Part shown: one piece after another, positions 1 through 10,539 of the stretch
Layout: each line of letters begins with the position of its first letter
Position numbering within the stretch: position 1 is the first letter of the stretch
NCBI RefSeq assembly: GCF_963921235.1
Contig: NC_086097.1
Span: 226,674,001 to 226,738,000 of the forward strand
Source: Mobula hypostoma
Lineage: Eukaryota
Reading direction: 5' to 3'
DNA: 64,000 bases
Made by a program: the position numbers and the translations under genes
The notes under the pieces: model-generated
The model's database searches: none
Seen by the model: the letters and a program-made list of their open reading frames with translations, nothing else
What the model was told of the DNA's origin: nothing

Positions 1-29
1 GGCCACAAACTTATCAATCACCCCTGGTA
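1..29. mobile_element. Right terminal inverted repeat of a mariner-derived element continuing off the window start
   Basis: ggccacaaacttatcaatcacccctgg-TA is the reverse complement of the TIR seen at 34330 and 34497; followed by TA. Confidence 0.7.
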
Positions 30-345
30 TAAACCAGTGGAGCACGTTAACTGAAGGGATTGTTTTGATTAGCCAAGCTAGCGTTTGTTTTACTGTTAGT
101 GTGTGTAAATGGTGAACTCCCAAGAAATGCAGAATGGGAGGGCAAGGTGTGTGAACTACTGGGGAAAGTAGACCAGGGACAGAACATGAAGGCATGACTA
201 ACTGGGCAAAGGGGCAAGGTTAGCAGGAGAATTAGAATCGCCACCTTGTTCTGTCACACAACTCCCCCCACCACATCTTCTGGATAGCATTCTCACTTCC
301 AACAGCGGATTGACCAGATGCAAGAAGCATTATGTGGCCTACCAG
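30..345 (-). mobile_element. Ty3/Gypsy-type remnant, reverse copy: end of pol, PPT and start of LTR
   Basis: Inverted homologue of 1100-1367 (ORFs 47..244- and 1150..1347+ are similar); G-rich tract followed by TGTGTGACAG on the minus strand near 260. Confidence 0.65.
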
Positions 346-349
346 AATT

Positions 350-1367
350 AGGTGGTCATCTTCAGCACCAGTTGGGAGGACCACCTGAAGCACGTTTAGG
401 ATGTCCCGAAGAAGACTGCAGTCATTGGCTTGACACTGAACATCCAGAAGGGCGAGTGGGCCCGTGCTGAGACACAGTACCTCGGTTACCAGCGACGGCA
501 AGGACTAGTTCAGCCACTGGTCAACAAGATCGAGGCCATCAGAAATGGTCCCTGGCCCTGCATGAAAAAACAGGTCCAGTCCTTCCAGGGGTTAGTCAGG
601 CAGTATCCCTCAGTTTGCCACCTTGGCAGTCCCATTAACAGAACTGAGGCTGAAGTCTGCAACGAATCCGGTCCGGTGCACTGAAGAATGCGAGGAAACC
701 TTTGTGACTCTGAAGGAGGCCTTGTGTTCCCAGCCGGTCCTCATCAGCCCAGACTTCACCAAGCTATTCACCATCCTGTTCAGTGGGGATTGGAGCTGTT
801 CCTAGCCCAGGGAGAAGAACAGAAGATATTATACCTTAGTCAGAAGCTGCTACCATGGGAGACAAGGTTTTCCACTGTTGAGAAGGAAGCTCTTTCCATA
901 AAATGGGCCTCGGAGGCCTTTGGTGTTACCTGCTAGGCAGAGAATTCATTTTGGAGACCGACCACAAAGCACTCACCTGGATCCACCATGAAAGACCACA
1001 CAATGCACGCATCATGAGGCGGTACCTGGCTCTACAACTGTTCCATTTCAACATCCGTCATAAGGCAGAACAGCACAATGTCATGGCAGACTAGCTTCCC
1101 GAGTGCAATTCAGAAGAGATTGGGGGGGGGTGTGATTTGACAGAACAGGTTGGCGATGAAAATTTTCCCGCTTACCTTGCCCCTTTGCCCAGTTAATCAC
1201 TCCTCCTTGTTCTGCCCCGGGTCCAGTTTCCCCAGTATTTCACACACTTTTCCCTCCTGTTCTGCAGCTCCTGAGGGTTCACCACTTACACACCTCAAGA
1301 GTAAAACAATCACTAGTTTAGCTAATCAAAACAATCCCTTCAGTTAACGTGTTCTGCTGGTTTATAA
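350..1367 (+). mobile_element. Decayed Ty3/Gypsy (Gmr1-like) LTR retrotransposon: RT C-half, RNase H, PPT, 3' LTR start
   Basis: Frameshifted peptides VVIFSTSWEDHLKH, TQYLGY, LKEALCSQPVLISPDFTKLF, ETRFSTVEKEALSIKWA, YLLGREFILETDHKAL, HKAEQHNVMAD; G9 tract at 1122-1130, then TGTGA at 1131. Confidence 0.85.
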
Positions 1368-2220
1368 CTCATAAAAATAAGGATTCTAGACACCGGCATT
1401 CCAAACACTTTTCACACACACTGTTACATCGGTTTGTAGACAGCAGAACAGCCCCAAAAGTCCCTAGGGTCAATTTGGGGTGTCCTAAAACAATGCCTGG
1501 GTTAGTGGGAGCAGGCGTACCACACCTTATGCAGGCAACACCCACTGGTGGGGAGGGAATATTCTTTTATAACCATCTGAGCTTGTGGACATTGATCTAT
1601 TAACTAAGGCATTTGTTGTGGAATAAAACTGCAAGATGTTAGAATCCCTGTTTAAAATGTTCCAGTTCTGCACCTGAAATAATTATTAAGGTCTGGTCAC
1701 GTTTCCACCGCCCCCCCCCCACACCCAGCCCCCAGACCAACAGTAGAATTTCCTGGTCCGTGTAGGCCAGGCAGAGGCAGATTTAAATCCTCAGTCTGGA
1801 CTTGCTAGGGAGGTGTGGAGGTTGGAGTTGACAGTTGGTGAATAGTTATATTGAAAAGTTAAAGACAAAGGGTGTCATGGATAAAGCTTCTACATATTTG
1901 TAAATTTTTGTACATATATGTTTGTTTTTCATTTGTCTACTTGTGAATTTTTTTTTACTTCACAACTTTTGGGCAGCTTTTGCACGTTTTCCCCCGGCAC
2001 TAAATAAAACCCCTGGCAGCAACGTGCTGTTGTGGCTCACCGTCTGCATTTTTCCATCTGGTGAGCCTTGCCCACATCTGATAGCAAATACACTGAGTCT
2101 TTCATGGATATGATATGCTAATGAATTGAACACTGAATGTGTGCCATGGCATGCAGTGTCTTGTGATGCACATCTGGATATTTTTCCTGCAGCTTCCATT
2201 TGCACATCTGTGGCTTGCTT

Positions 2221-2643
2221 TCTTACTTGCTGCGGTTACACTATTGGTGTTTAGGGCAGCAGTGAAGGTCCTCCATCTCTGGCGGTGTTCAGGGCTTCCT
2301 TCATCACATCAGTAGCTTCCTCTCGGTTTTTACTACTGTCAGTCAAGCAAGTCCCGGGTCGAGGCTCAGGAATACAATCACACTCAGATGTAGACGGGTT
2401 CTTCGTTGCTGTTTCTGTAACAATTTTGTTTTTCCAGTCAGAGTTGTTAGCCCTGAGCTGAATCCCCGAACTTGGAGGACCAGTGGGCCACTCTTAGTCT
2501 GGCCTCTACCCTTTGACCTGTTTGCATGGGTGACCCTACCACGAGCCAAAGCATAAAGCCTGACTCCAGGCAACGTAGCTCTCCAGCTCATTGAGGCATG
2601 CAAGCCTCCAAAACCAATGACAAGGTTGTGGTCCTTTTAGAGG
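2221..2643 (-). mobile_element. RTE (Rex3/Expander-like)-derived non-autonomous element: 5' UTR fused to 3' end
   Basis: 12-bp TSD TGTGGCTTGCTT at 2209-2220 and 2644-2655. Minus strand starts with an RTE-type 5' UTR (ACCACAACCTTGTC...GGTAGGGTCACCCATGCAAACAGGTC...GGCCAGACTAAGAG) and ends in an RTE-type C-terminus (RQRWRTFTAALN). Confidence 0.8.
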
Positions 2644-3487
2644 TGTGGCTTGCTTAAACAAAATATAAATCAGATCTTCTAGAAAAATAACTTTAAATCA
2701 TTTAAATCGACAGCAATTGTGTTAAATTGTATCTGGATGACAGAGAGACATATAAAACCAGTGAAATACTGTGTTTCAGGATGTAACATCTTCTTACCTG
2801 GTCACAATTTGAAGCCCATTCCTAGATCTGGACGTTTAGAGAATGGAGGCCTCTGGCCCCAAAGGGGCTAATGTGGGAGAGAAGTAAAGGCGATGGGTGG
2901 AATCTGACATGAAAATTAAGAGCTTACATTTCCTCACTTACGTTAGCAAGCTGGGTTGGGGTGGCATTTTCACTGTTCAGTTACCCTTCAATTTATGAAT
3001 GGATTATGTTCCTAGAAAGCATTTCTTTAAGCAAGTCAAAAATATTGGATGGAATTCATTGTGGCCATTTCAATACAGTGTATGCTGTAGTAATCGTGAA
3101 TAGTATGATGTTCCTCATAACAAGAAGTAGATCTGTAAGTCAAAGATGTTTACTCTAAAGAGGTGTTATTGTGAAAAAAATCTTAAATTCAATCTTCATA
3201 ACTGAAGCAACACCACAAAATTTAAAATATATACTATTCATATTTAACACTAATTATTAATTTATTGAGATAGATACTTTATTGATCCCAAAGGAAATTA
3301 CAGTGTCACAGCAGCGTTACAAGTGCACAGATATAAATATTAAAAGAGAAGTAGAAAGAATAAAAAAATAAATTACCACAAACAATCTCACATCCCTGGC
3401 TATAGGTTGACTCATTATAGAGGCTTAATGGCTGAGGGTAAGAATGACCTCACATAGTGCTCTTTGGAGTAGTCTTAGTCCATTCCT

Positions 3488-3809
3488 ATATCTTGGTGTG
3501 TGCCTGCGTGCGTGCATGCGCGTCTGTGCACGTGTGTCTGCGTGTGCGTGCATGTGTGCATCCGTGGTGATGTCTTTTTCATGGCTTTCTTTACAAAGCG
3601 CGGAGCCAGAGAGACTGTGTGGCGAGCCACTCCTCACACAGGCATTTTCGCAGTATTTTTCCCTTTATTTTATGAGGTTGAGTTGCGATCTCGACACTCA
3701 ACCTGGCACGGATGGAAAGCGTACTCGGGAGCTGACCGGACTGGTTTCGAACCCAGGAACCTCCGCTCCCAGGTCCGGCGCCAATGTCATTGCGCTACCA
3801 GCCGGTCCA
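3488..3809 (-). mobile_element. tRNA-derived SINE with (GCAC/ACAC)-type microsatellite tail, copy 1
   Basis: 15-bp TSD TCTTAGTCCATTCCT (3473-3487, 3810-3824); minus-strand head with A-box TAGCGCAATG and B-box GGTTCGAAACC; homologous to 16341-16730. Confidence 0.85.
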
Positions 3810-3829
3810 TCTTAGTCCATTCCTCATGC

Positions 3830-4092
3830 GGAATGGGCCCTTCTGGTCCTTTGAGCTGCGCTGCTCAGCAATCCCCCGATTTAACCCTACCCTAATCACA
3901 GGACAATTGACAATGACCAATTTATCTAATAATGGGTACGTCGTTGAACTGTGGGAGGAAACTGCAGCACCTGGAGGAAACCCGCATGGTCACGGGGAAA
4001 ACATAGAAATTCCTTACAGGCGGCGGTGGGAATTGAACCCCAGTTTCCTGTACTGTAAACCGTTGTGCTAACCACTACACTACCATGCCGCT
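3830..4092 (-). mobile_element. V-SINE/HE1-like tRNA SINE
   Basis: Minus strand GGTAGTGTAGTGGTTAGCAC...GGGTTCAATTCC head and V-domain-like GCGGGTTTCCTCCAGGTGCTGCAGTTTCCTCCCACAG; many homologues in the window. Confidence 0.8.
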
Positions 4093-4395
4093 CTTTATTA
4101 TTAGTTATAGAGCCATAGAAAACCACAGCTCAGAAATAAACTTTTTGTCTTACCTACTCCATGCCATTCTACATACTCCCATGGACCTGCACCTGGACCT
4201 TAGCCCCCCCACCCCTCCCATCCATGTACTACTACTTTTAATTGTTGAAATCGAACCCGCATTCACCACTTCAGCTTGTTCCACACTTTCACCACCCTCT
4301 GAGTGAAGAATTTTGCCCTCATGTTCCTCTTAAGTATTTCACCTTTCACCCTTAACCCATGACCTCCAGAAGGGGATCACCCAAATTCAATGGAA

Positions 4396-4610
4396 AAACA
4401 CAAGAGGTTCTGCAGATGCTAGAAACCTAGAGCAACATACACAAAATGTTGGAGGAATTCATAGATGAAAATGAATAAGCAGTCGACATTTCAGGCTGAG
4501 ACCCTTCCTCGTGACCTTTCATCGAATCTTGGACTTGAAACATTAACTCTGTTTCTCTTCCCACAGATGCGGCCTGACTTGCTGAGTATTTCCTACATTT
4601 TCTCTTTTTA
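4396..4610. mobile_element. Short fold-back Penelope-like (pLTR) remnant with degenerate hammerhead halves
   Basis: Left part homologous to 9329-9460; right part is an inverted copy; centre gtcgacatttcaggctgagacccttc...ggacttgaaacattaact. Confidence 0.7.
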
Positions 4611-6035
4611 TTTTAGTGTGGAAAACTAACATTGGGAATATGCTAATAGACGTCGCAAATCTCAGCAGTTTAACTTGGTAAATTGCCAGTGGATTTTTCA
4701 TGGCAGACTTCAAAATTACCTTTTTCACCTCTTTGAAGTGATAAGGAACTGTTAAATCAAAGCAAATGCCAAGCCCTGTCTGACAAACCAAACAGCATTT
4801 GAACCACTCATTGCCAAAGCAGGGCATGCAGACTTTGACTGTGAGTCTCTCTGTGGATCAGACAGGCATGTAACAGCCGCTTGGTGCCACCTGCTATCTA
4901 TCACTTAATTAGCATAATCATCTAATTTCCAGTTGGAAATAATAGTGTCATGCACTTTTCTGTAATTGCTACTGTCATAATATATGCTGAATTATGTGAC
5001 ACTTGTGTTATATGATTAGACATTTCAGGGGGTGGCTAAAGCATCAAATTCACACATCAGTACCTTTGATCTTGGTCGTGATACTAACCAGTAAAATAAC
5101 TTCAGAAGCCTTTTGTTTTGAAAGTTAAACTATTATAAAATGTGATAAGATAGAAAAAAAAATAAATTATAAAATCTTCTAAGACATAGTGAAGTTTACT
5201 CTTTGTGTTTGTACTTGGACTGAAATTTCTTAATTGTACAGCACTTAAACTAACTGTGATATATCCCAGGCTCATTAGCTCATAAAGGATTTGCCTTGCA
5301 TTAATGTGACGGTGATGATCATCAGATATAATGAGGACTTTAAATATTTACAGTATTAAGTAGGTGTGCCGATGGGCGAGGTAGAAGGGAGCAGATTATA
5401 AGTATGAAAGAAACTTGATGTCTTACATAATTAGCTTGCCTGCGTTTTACTCTCAGGGATTATATCACTAGGTATCCCTAGGTAATGAGTGGGTCCGCCT
5501 GGAGGTAGTTTAACTCCATTTCAACAGACATCACTGAACTAAAGCATAAAAAATATAGCAAGCTGGAGACTGAGTGGTATCAGCTTGTGCTCATGTTGAG
5601 ACCAGTGTAATTGCATTATAATGGGCAGCTATGCTACCAGGGCTATTGACAAGGGGACCATGATTTTCAGACGTGTGCAGATGTACAGTATTTCCTGACC
5701 CACTCTTCCTTCAGTGTTCTAGACGCTTGTGGTTTCCTATGATTTTGATCTGATAGTGTACACTGTTGTCCAAGTAAGGCTATTTTATAGTAAAGTTGTA
5801 AATTAGTGTTTCACAATGGCTGCTGGAAATTATACAAATGTTTGATTTACCACATTTTTGCAAGTAGCTGCTACGTTTCAAAATGGTATTCAAACATCTA
5901 TGAAGCTAAATTAAGCTACATACTAGTTAAATATGTCGATATTTTTAAATTCGACTGGTGTTTTCATACTTTCTTGATGATAGATGGACGATAATTGCAA
6001 AGGCGTAGAATTTTAAAGAAGCCATTTTCTCTGAT

Positions 6036-6166
6036 AACACACATAAAAGTTGCTGGTGAATGCAGCAGGCCAGGCAGCATCTATAGGAAGAGGTACAGTT
6101 GACATTTCAGGCCGAGACCTTTCGTCAAGACCAGCTGAAAGAAGAGCTAGTAAGAGATTTGAAAGT
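6036..6166 (-). mobile_element. Penelope-like pLTR fragment with hammerhead motif (core TTGACGA, first C mutated)
   Basis: Near-identical to 9365-9495; reverse complement GTCTTGACGAAAGGTCTCGGCCTGAAATGTCAACTG at ~6096-6131. Confidence 0.8.
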
Positions 6167-6308
6167 CTGATGATGATGATGGTATTCTCTGATGATGGTT
6201 TTCTTCCTGAGCAGGAAGTATAGAAAAACATGTTGTCTGTGTTAACTTGATATTAAATAATTGTGTTAAACACTTATATTACCTCCTGTCCCACTGTGAA
6301 ATGAGGTA

Positions 6309-7132
6309 CAGTGGATTCTAGTTAATTGCTCTTAATCTGGTTAATCTGGGCAGCTGCTTACTTGGGCCAACCATTTGAAAAGATAGCTTGGATTACCCTT
6401 GTTTATTTGGAAAAACTGTGCTGCTTTTGGGAGAGGAGACTTACTGAATCATTTCTAACTAGCATCAGTCATGCCAGTGATAAAAAACCTGATTCTGATT
6501 CTCTGATTTATGTGCACTTGTATGGCTGTTAGACACATGCTTAGAGTGAACAGTTTTTAAATCGTGTCAGTTACGTGTGTTTGTGTTCAAAAAGCAGTGA
6601 TTTTTGACACTGATAGTTGGTGAGAAATAAGCAGTAAAATGATTCAGAACTGTTTTGCTCAGTGTGGTTTCAAGTATTCAGGCTTGGAAATGCCAGAAGC
6701 ATCCAGGAGTGAAAATGAAACGATTTCACCTACTTCAACAGGTTAGAGACTATGAAGAATTAGAAGGTATCAACAATTATTTGAATATTGCAATGAAAAT
6801 GAAGATCTGGAGAATACAATCATTGAAAAGATTTTATGAAGGTAGTCCATTATCTGCACTAGGTGTCTGTGTTGATTTTGTTCAGTTATAGTCAATCAAA
6901 ACACAGCAGCGTACAATTCCTCCGATAACTATTAGGAACTAATACACAGTTTTATAGTACTGTAGTGTTCTGTATTTCATTTAAATACATAATTAGTTAC
7001 TCATTTAAACTGTAGTTTGTCTTTTTTATACCTTTTTAATTATTTCCGTGAAACTTCAGCTAATTGAGTCAGCCATTTAATTGGGCCTAAATGTACTTGT
7101 CCTGACGTGTGCCAATTAACTGGAATCCACTG
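6309..7132. mobile_element. Non-autonomous pogo/Tigger-like DNA transposon
   Basis: TIRs CAGTGGATTCTAGTTAATTG / CAATTAACTGGAATCCACTG flanked by TA on both sides; no intact transposase. Confidence 0.8.
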
Positions 7133-7472
7133 TATTTGGACCAAGACTGTGGTGAAGGAAAGTAATACAAATGGTGCTGTCACACTCCAGAAGTTTATCA
7201 TCAATGCAGAGCAGAAATTTGCTTTCTCCTTTATTTTTGAGTTGATTTTAAAGTTCAAAAGAACTTCAAAGGAAGGTGGGTTGAGGCAGGTTTTAATTGA
7301 AGGCCTGACACTGGATACATTTAGATTTTATTGCAGAGCTGGTAAACAAAAATGAAATAATTCTGTAGTTCTTGCTTAGGTGATTCAGAATCCTTACATA
7401 ATCCTTTCATCAAAGCAACAGAGAAGGTTGTGAGGTATTTATCAAATCTAACTAAAATGATCATTATTATGC

Positions 7473-7582
7473 AACACACTCAAAATGCTAGAGGATTCAA
7501 TACCTGAAAAGTTAACTGTTTATTGCCCTCCATAGATGCTGTCTAATTTGTTGAGTTCCTCAGCGTTTTGTGTGTGTTGTTC
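7473..7582. mobile_element. Minimal fold-back Penelope-like remnant
   Basis: caacacactcaaaatgctagagga ... gagttcctcagcgttttgtgtgtgttg inverted arms of the same pLTR family. Confidence 0.65.
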
Positions 7583-7589
7583 AATTGGC

Positions 7590-8560
7590 TGGAGAGTTCT
7601 CTGAGATCTTTATCCCCCTCGCTTCGGCAGTCTGAGGTACCCACCTGCTTCAAGCAGGCTTCAATTACACTGCTGCCTAAGAAGAATGTGGTGACCTGCC
7701 TCAAAGACCATCATCCTGTCGCACTTACATCCACAGTGATAAAGGGTTTTAAGAGGTTGGTAATGAAGCATATCAACTCCTGCCTCAGAAGCCACTTGGT
7801 TCCACTTCAGTTTGCCTACCGGCACAACAGGTCTGCACCAGATGCTGTCTCATTGCCTCTTCACTCAACCCTGCAACATCTGGACAGCAAAGGTACTTAC
7901 ATCAGGATGCTCTTTATTGACTACAACTCGGCATTCAATACTGTCATTCCTTCAAAACTAATCAGTAGGCTTCCAGACCTTGGCCTCAGCACCTCCTGGT
8001 GGAACTGGATCCTCAGTTTGCTCACTTGCAGACCCCAGTCAGTTCGGATTGGCAGTAACATCTCCTCTGCAATCTCCATCAACACAGGTGCACCCTAAGG
8101 CTGTGTGCTCCGCACCCCTTCCCCACCTCACTCTTCTCACTTTACATATATGACTGACCGTGTGGCTAAGCACAGCACTAATGCCATACTCAAGTTTGCT
8201 GACAACGCCACCGTTGTAGGCCGAACCACAGGTGGTAACGAATCAGTGTTTGAAAATCTGGTTGAGTTAGTGCCACAACAACAACCCTCTTACTCAATGT
8301 CAGCAAGGCCATTATTGACTTCAGGAGGGAAAATACAGAAGTCCATGGGTCACTTTTCATTGGGAGATCAGAGGAGAAGAGGGTCAGCAACTTTAAATTC
8401 CTTGGTGTTATCATTTCAGAAGACCTGTCCTGGGCCCAGCAGGTAAGTGCAGTTACAGAAAAAGCGTGACAGCTCCCCTACTTCCTTAGGACTTTGCGTA
8501 GATTCATCATGACATCTATGATGTACTTCTATAAATGTGTAGTGGAGTTTATACAAGAAA
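7590..8560 (+). mobile_element. Rex1/Babar-like LINE RT fragment (decayed)
   Basis: PTCFKQASITLLPKK, HPVALTSTVIK, LQFAYRHNRS, RMLFIDYNSAFNTVIP, INTGAP*GC, KFADNAT motifs with stops and frameshifts. Confidence 0.85.
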
Positions 8561-9425
8561 TGTGTTCCATACCTTTCCTCTCTTTTGCTTATTCTTTCTG
8601 TATCCTTTCTCTGGCTCACTGTCATTCTATGCATATCTTACAAAATCAAGAACTTTTAATCCACAGCAAATTTCATTGACCAAGTATCAAACTAAACAGA
8701 AAATATTTTTTTTCTAAATTTAACACCAAGGACTGGGCATATCAGTAAGTTTGTCTTCGCTGCTCATTCTTATTGTCCTGAGGTTGGGGGGGGGGGGAAC
8801 CATATCTTTGTAAATACAGTTATTGCATTGTATGTTGCATTGCTGTCAGATGGGGAAGTCTGAAGATTCCAACTGAGAACCAATTAAATCATGCTTGCAG
8901 CATGAATCTTGCTTCAGAAGTATCAAGTACTTGGCCAGTCATATTTAAGCCGTGTTCAGACTTAATCAGACCTGCTGTTAGTCTGGGATATGCTGAGTGA
9001 CTATTGAAAAATATCTTATCACTGCATATGACAGCTGCTGTTGGGTAAAAGTCCTCACAGATACAGAGTAACAGAAGTTATATTAAGTTTCATTTAAGTT
9101 TATTTATTCTCAGGATGTGGGTGCATTGGCCATGCCCATCCTTTATTGCTCCAATATTGAATTAGGAATCAACCACATTGGTGCGTCTAAATTTATTTAT
9201 TTTATTTCTTGTGGTACAGTGCAAAAAAGATCCTTCCGGCCCTTCGAGCCACACCACACAGCAACGCTCAATTTAACCCTAGCCTAAGTCATGGGACAAT
9301 TTACAATGATCAATTAACCTACAAACGGAAACACGAGGAATTCTGCAGATGCTGGAAATTCAAGCAACACACATCAATGTTGCTGGTGAATGCAGCAGGC
9401 CAGGCAGCATCTCTAGGAAGAGGTG

Positions 9426-9464
9426 CAGTCGACGTTTCAGGCCGAGACCCTTCGTCAGGACTAA
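9426..9464 (-). ncRNA. Minimal type I hammerhead ribozyme motif (intact core)
   Basis: Reverse complement TTAGTC-CTGACGA-AGGGTCTCGGCCT-GAAAC-GTC^GACTG: conserved core, stem II hairpin, stem I AGTC/GACT, very short palindromic stem III typical of PLE hammerheads. Confidence 0.85.
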
Positions 9465-9875
9465 CTGAAGGAAAAGTGAGTAAGAGATTTGAAAGTTGGA
9501 GGGGGAGGGGGAGATCCAAAATGATAGGAGAAGACAGGAGGGGGAGGGATGGAGCCAAGAGCTGGACAGGTGATTGGCAAAAGGGATATGAGAGGATCAT
9601 GGGACAGGAGGTCTGGGAAGAAAGACAAGGAGGGCGGGGGGGGCGGGGACCCAGAGGATGGGCAAGGGGTATATTCAGAGGGACAGAGGGAGAAAAAGGA
9701 GAGTGAGAGAAAGAATGTGTGTATAAAAATAAGTAACAGATGATCCCCTCGTATCCCTTTTGCCAATCACCTGTCCAGCTCTTGGCTCCATCCCTCCCCC
9801 TCCTGTCTTCTCCTACCATTTTGGATCTCCCCCTCCCCCTCCAACTTTCAAATCTCTTACTCACTCTTCCTTTGG

Positions 9876-9914
9876 TTAGTCCTGACGAAGGGTCTCGGCC
9901 CGAAATGTCGACTG
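9876..9914 (+). ncRNA. Minimal type I hammerhead ribozyme motif, sense to the ZFHX4 pre-mRNA
   Basis: TTAGTC-CTGACGA(9882-9888)-AGGGTCTCGGCCC-GAAA(9902-9905)T-GTC^GACTG; only a stem III C>T change relative to the 9426 copy core. Confidence 0.8.
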
Positions 9915-10539
9915 TACCTCTTCCTAGAGATGCTGCCTGGCCTGCTGTGTTCACCAGCAACGTTGTTATGTGTTGCCTAACCTACAAACGGTGTGTCTTT
10001 GGACTGTGGGAGGAAACGCACGTGGTCACGGGGAGAAATTACAAACTTCTTACAGACAGCAGCAGGACTTGTACCTGGGTCACTGATACCATAAAGACTG
10101 TTGACCACTATGCTTAACAAACCAGACTGTGAAATGCTGGCTGATTTCCATCCTAAAAGATAGTAGTAAACCAAATGATTTTTGACGACAATCCAGGTAG
10201 CTTCATGATTTTTGTTAGATATTTTTCATTTAATCCCCGATTTTTATGCTTGAATTTAAATACAGTAACTTAATTGAAATTTTGCAAATGACTTAAACAC
10301 GTGTCTCTAGATCAGTAGTCTAGCAACTTAACCACAAGTCTGTCATAAACCATTGTTAGTACTATGATGTTGGCTGAGATTTCTTTACTGAGGATTGTCA
10401 ATCCCTGATACATACATGCCACAAAAATTATTTTCCACTTCCCAGCTGCAGTCTGGATTTTGTCCACTTCTTTCTGAGGGTCCTCTGTGAATTTTGCATG
10501 GAACTGAATAAGACTGGCTAGCCAGTTATTATTTATTGG

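Larger units (their letters stand above)
9329..9977. mobile_element. Non-coding fold-back Penelope-like insertion (inverted pseudo-LTRs) with two opposed hammerhead motifs
   Basis: 14-bp direct repeat TAACCTACAAACGG at 9315-9328 and 9978-9991; inverted arms ~9364-9600 / 9741-9976; same sequence is attached to PLE RT (19620) and related sequence to GIY-YIG (45160) elsewhere. Confidence 0.9.
9190..10115 (-). mobile_element. V-SINE/HE1-like SINE split by the Penelope-like insertion at 9329-9977
   Basis: 9190-9328 and 9978-10115 join into one SINE homologous to 3830-4092 and 22820-23108. Confidence 0.75.

Noticed and set aside
3740..3809. Possible tRNA gene (A/B boxes), also at 4030-4092, 16660-16730 and 57800-57870
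   Set aside because: No complete cloverleaf; embedded in SINE bodies, some with TSDs.
9209..10117. Overlapping long ORFs on both strands (165, 213 and 125 aa) with repeated peptide motifs
   Set aside because: Artefact of the inverted pLTR arms; low-complexity purine-rich sequence with no protein domain.
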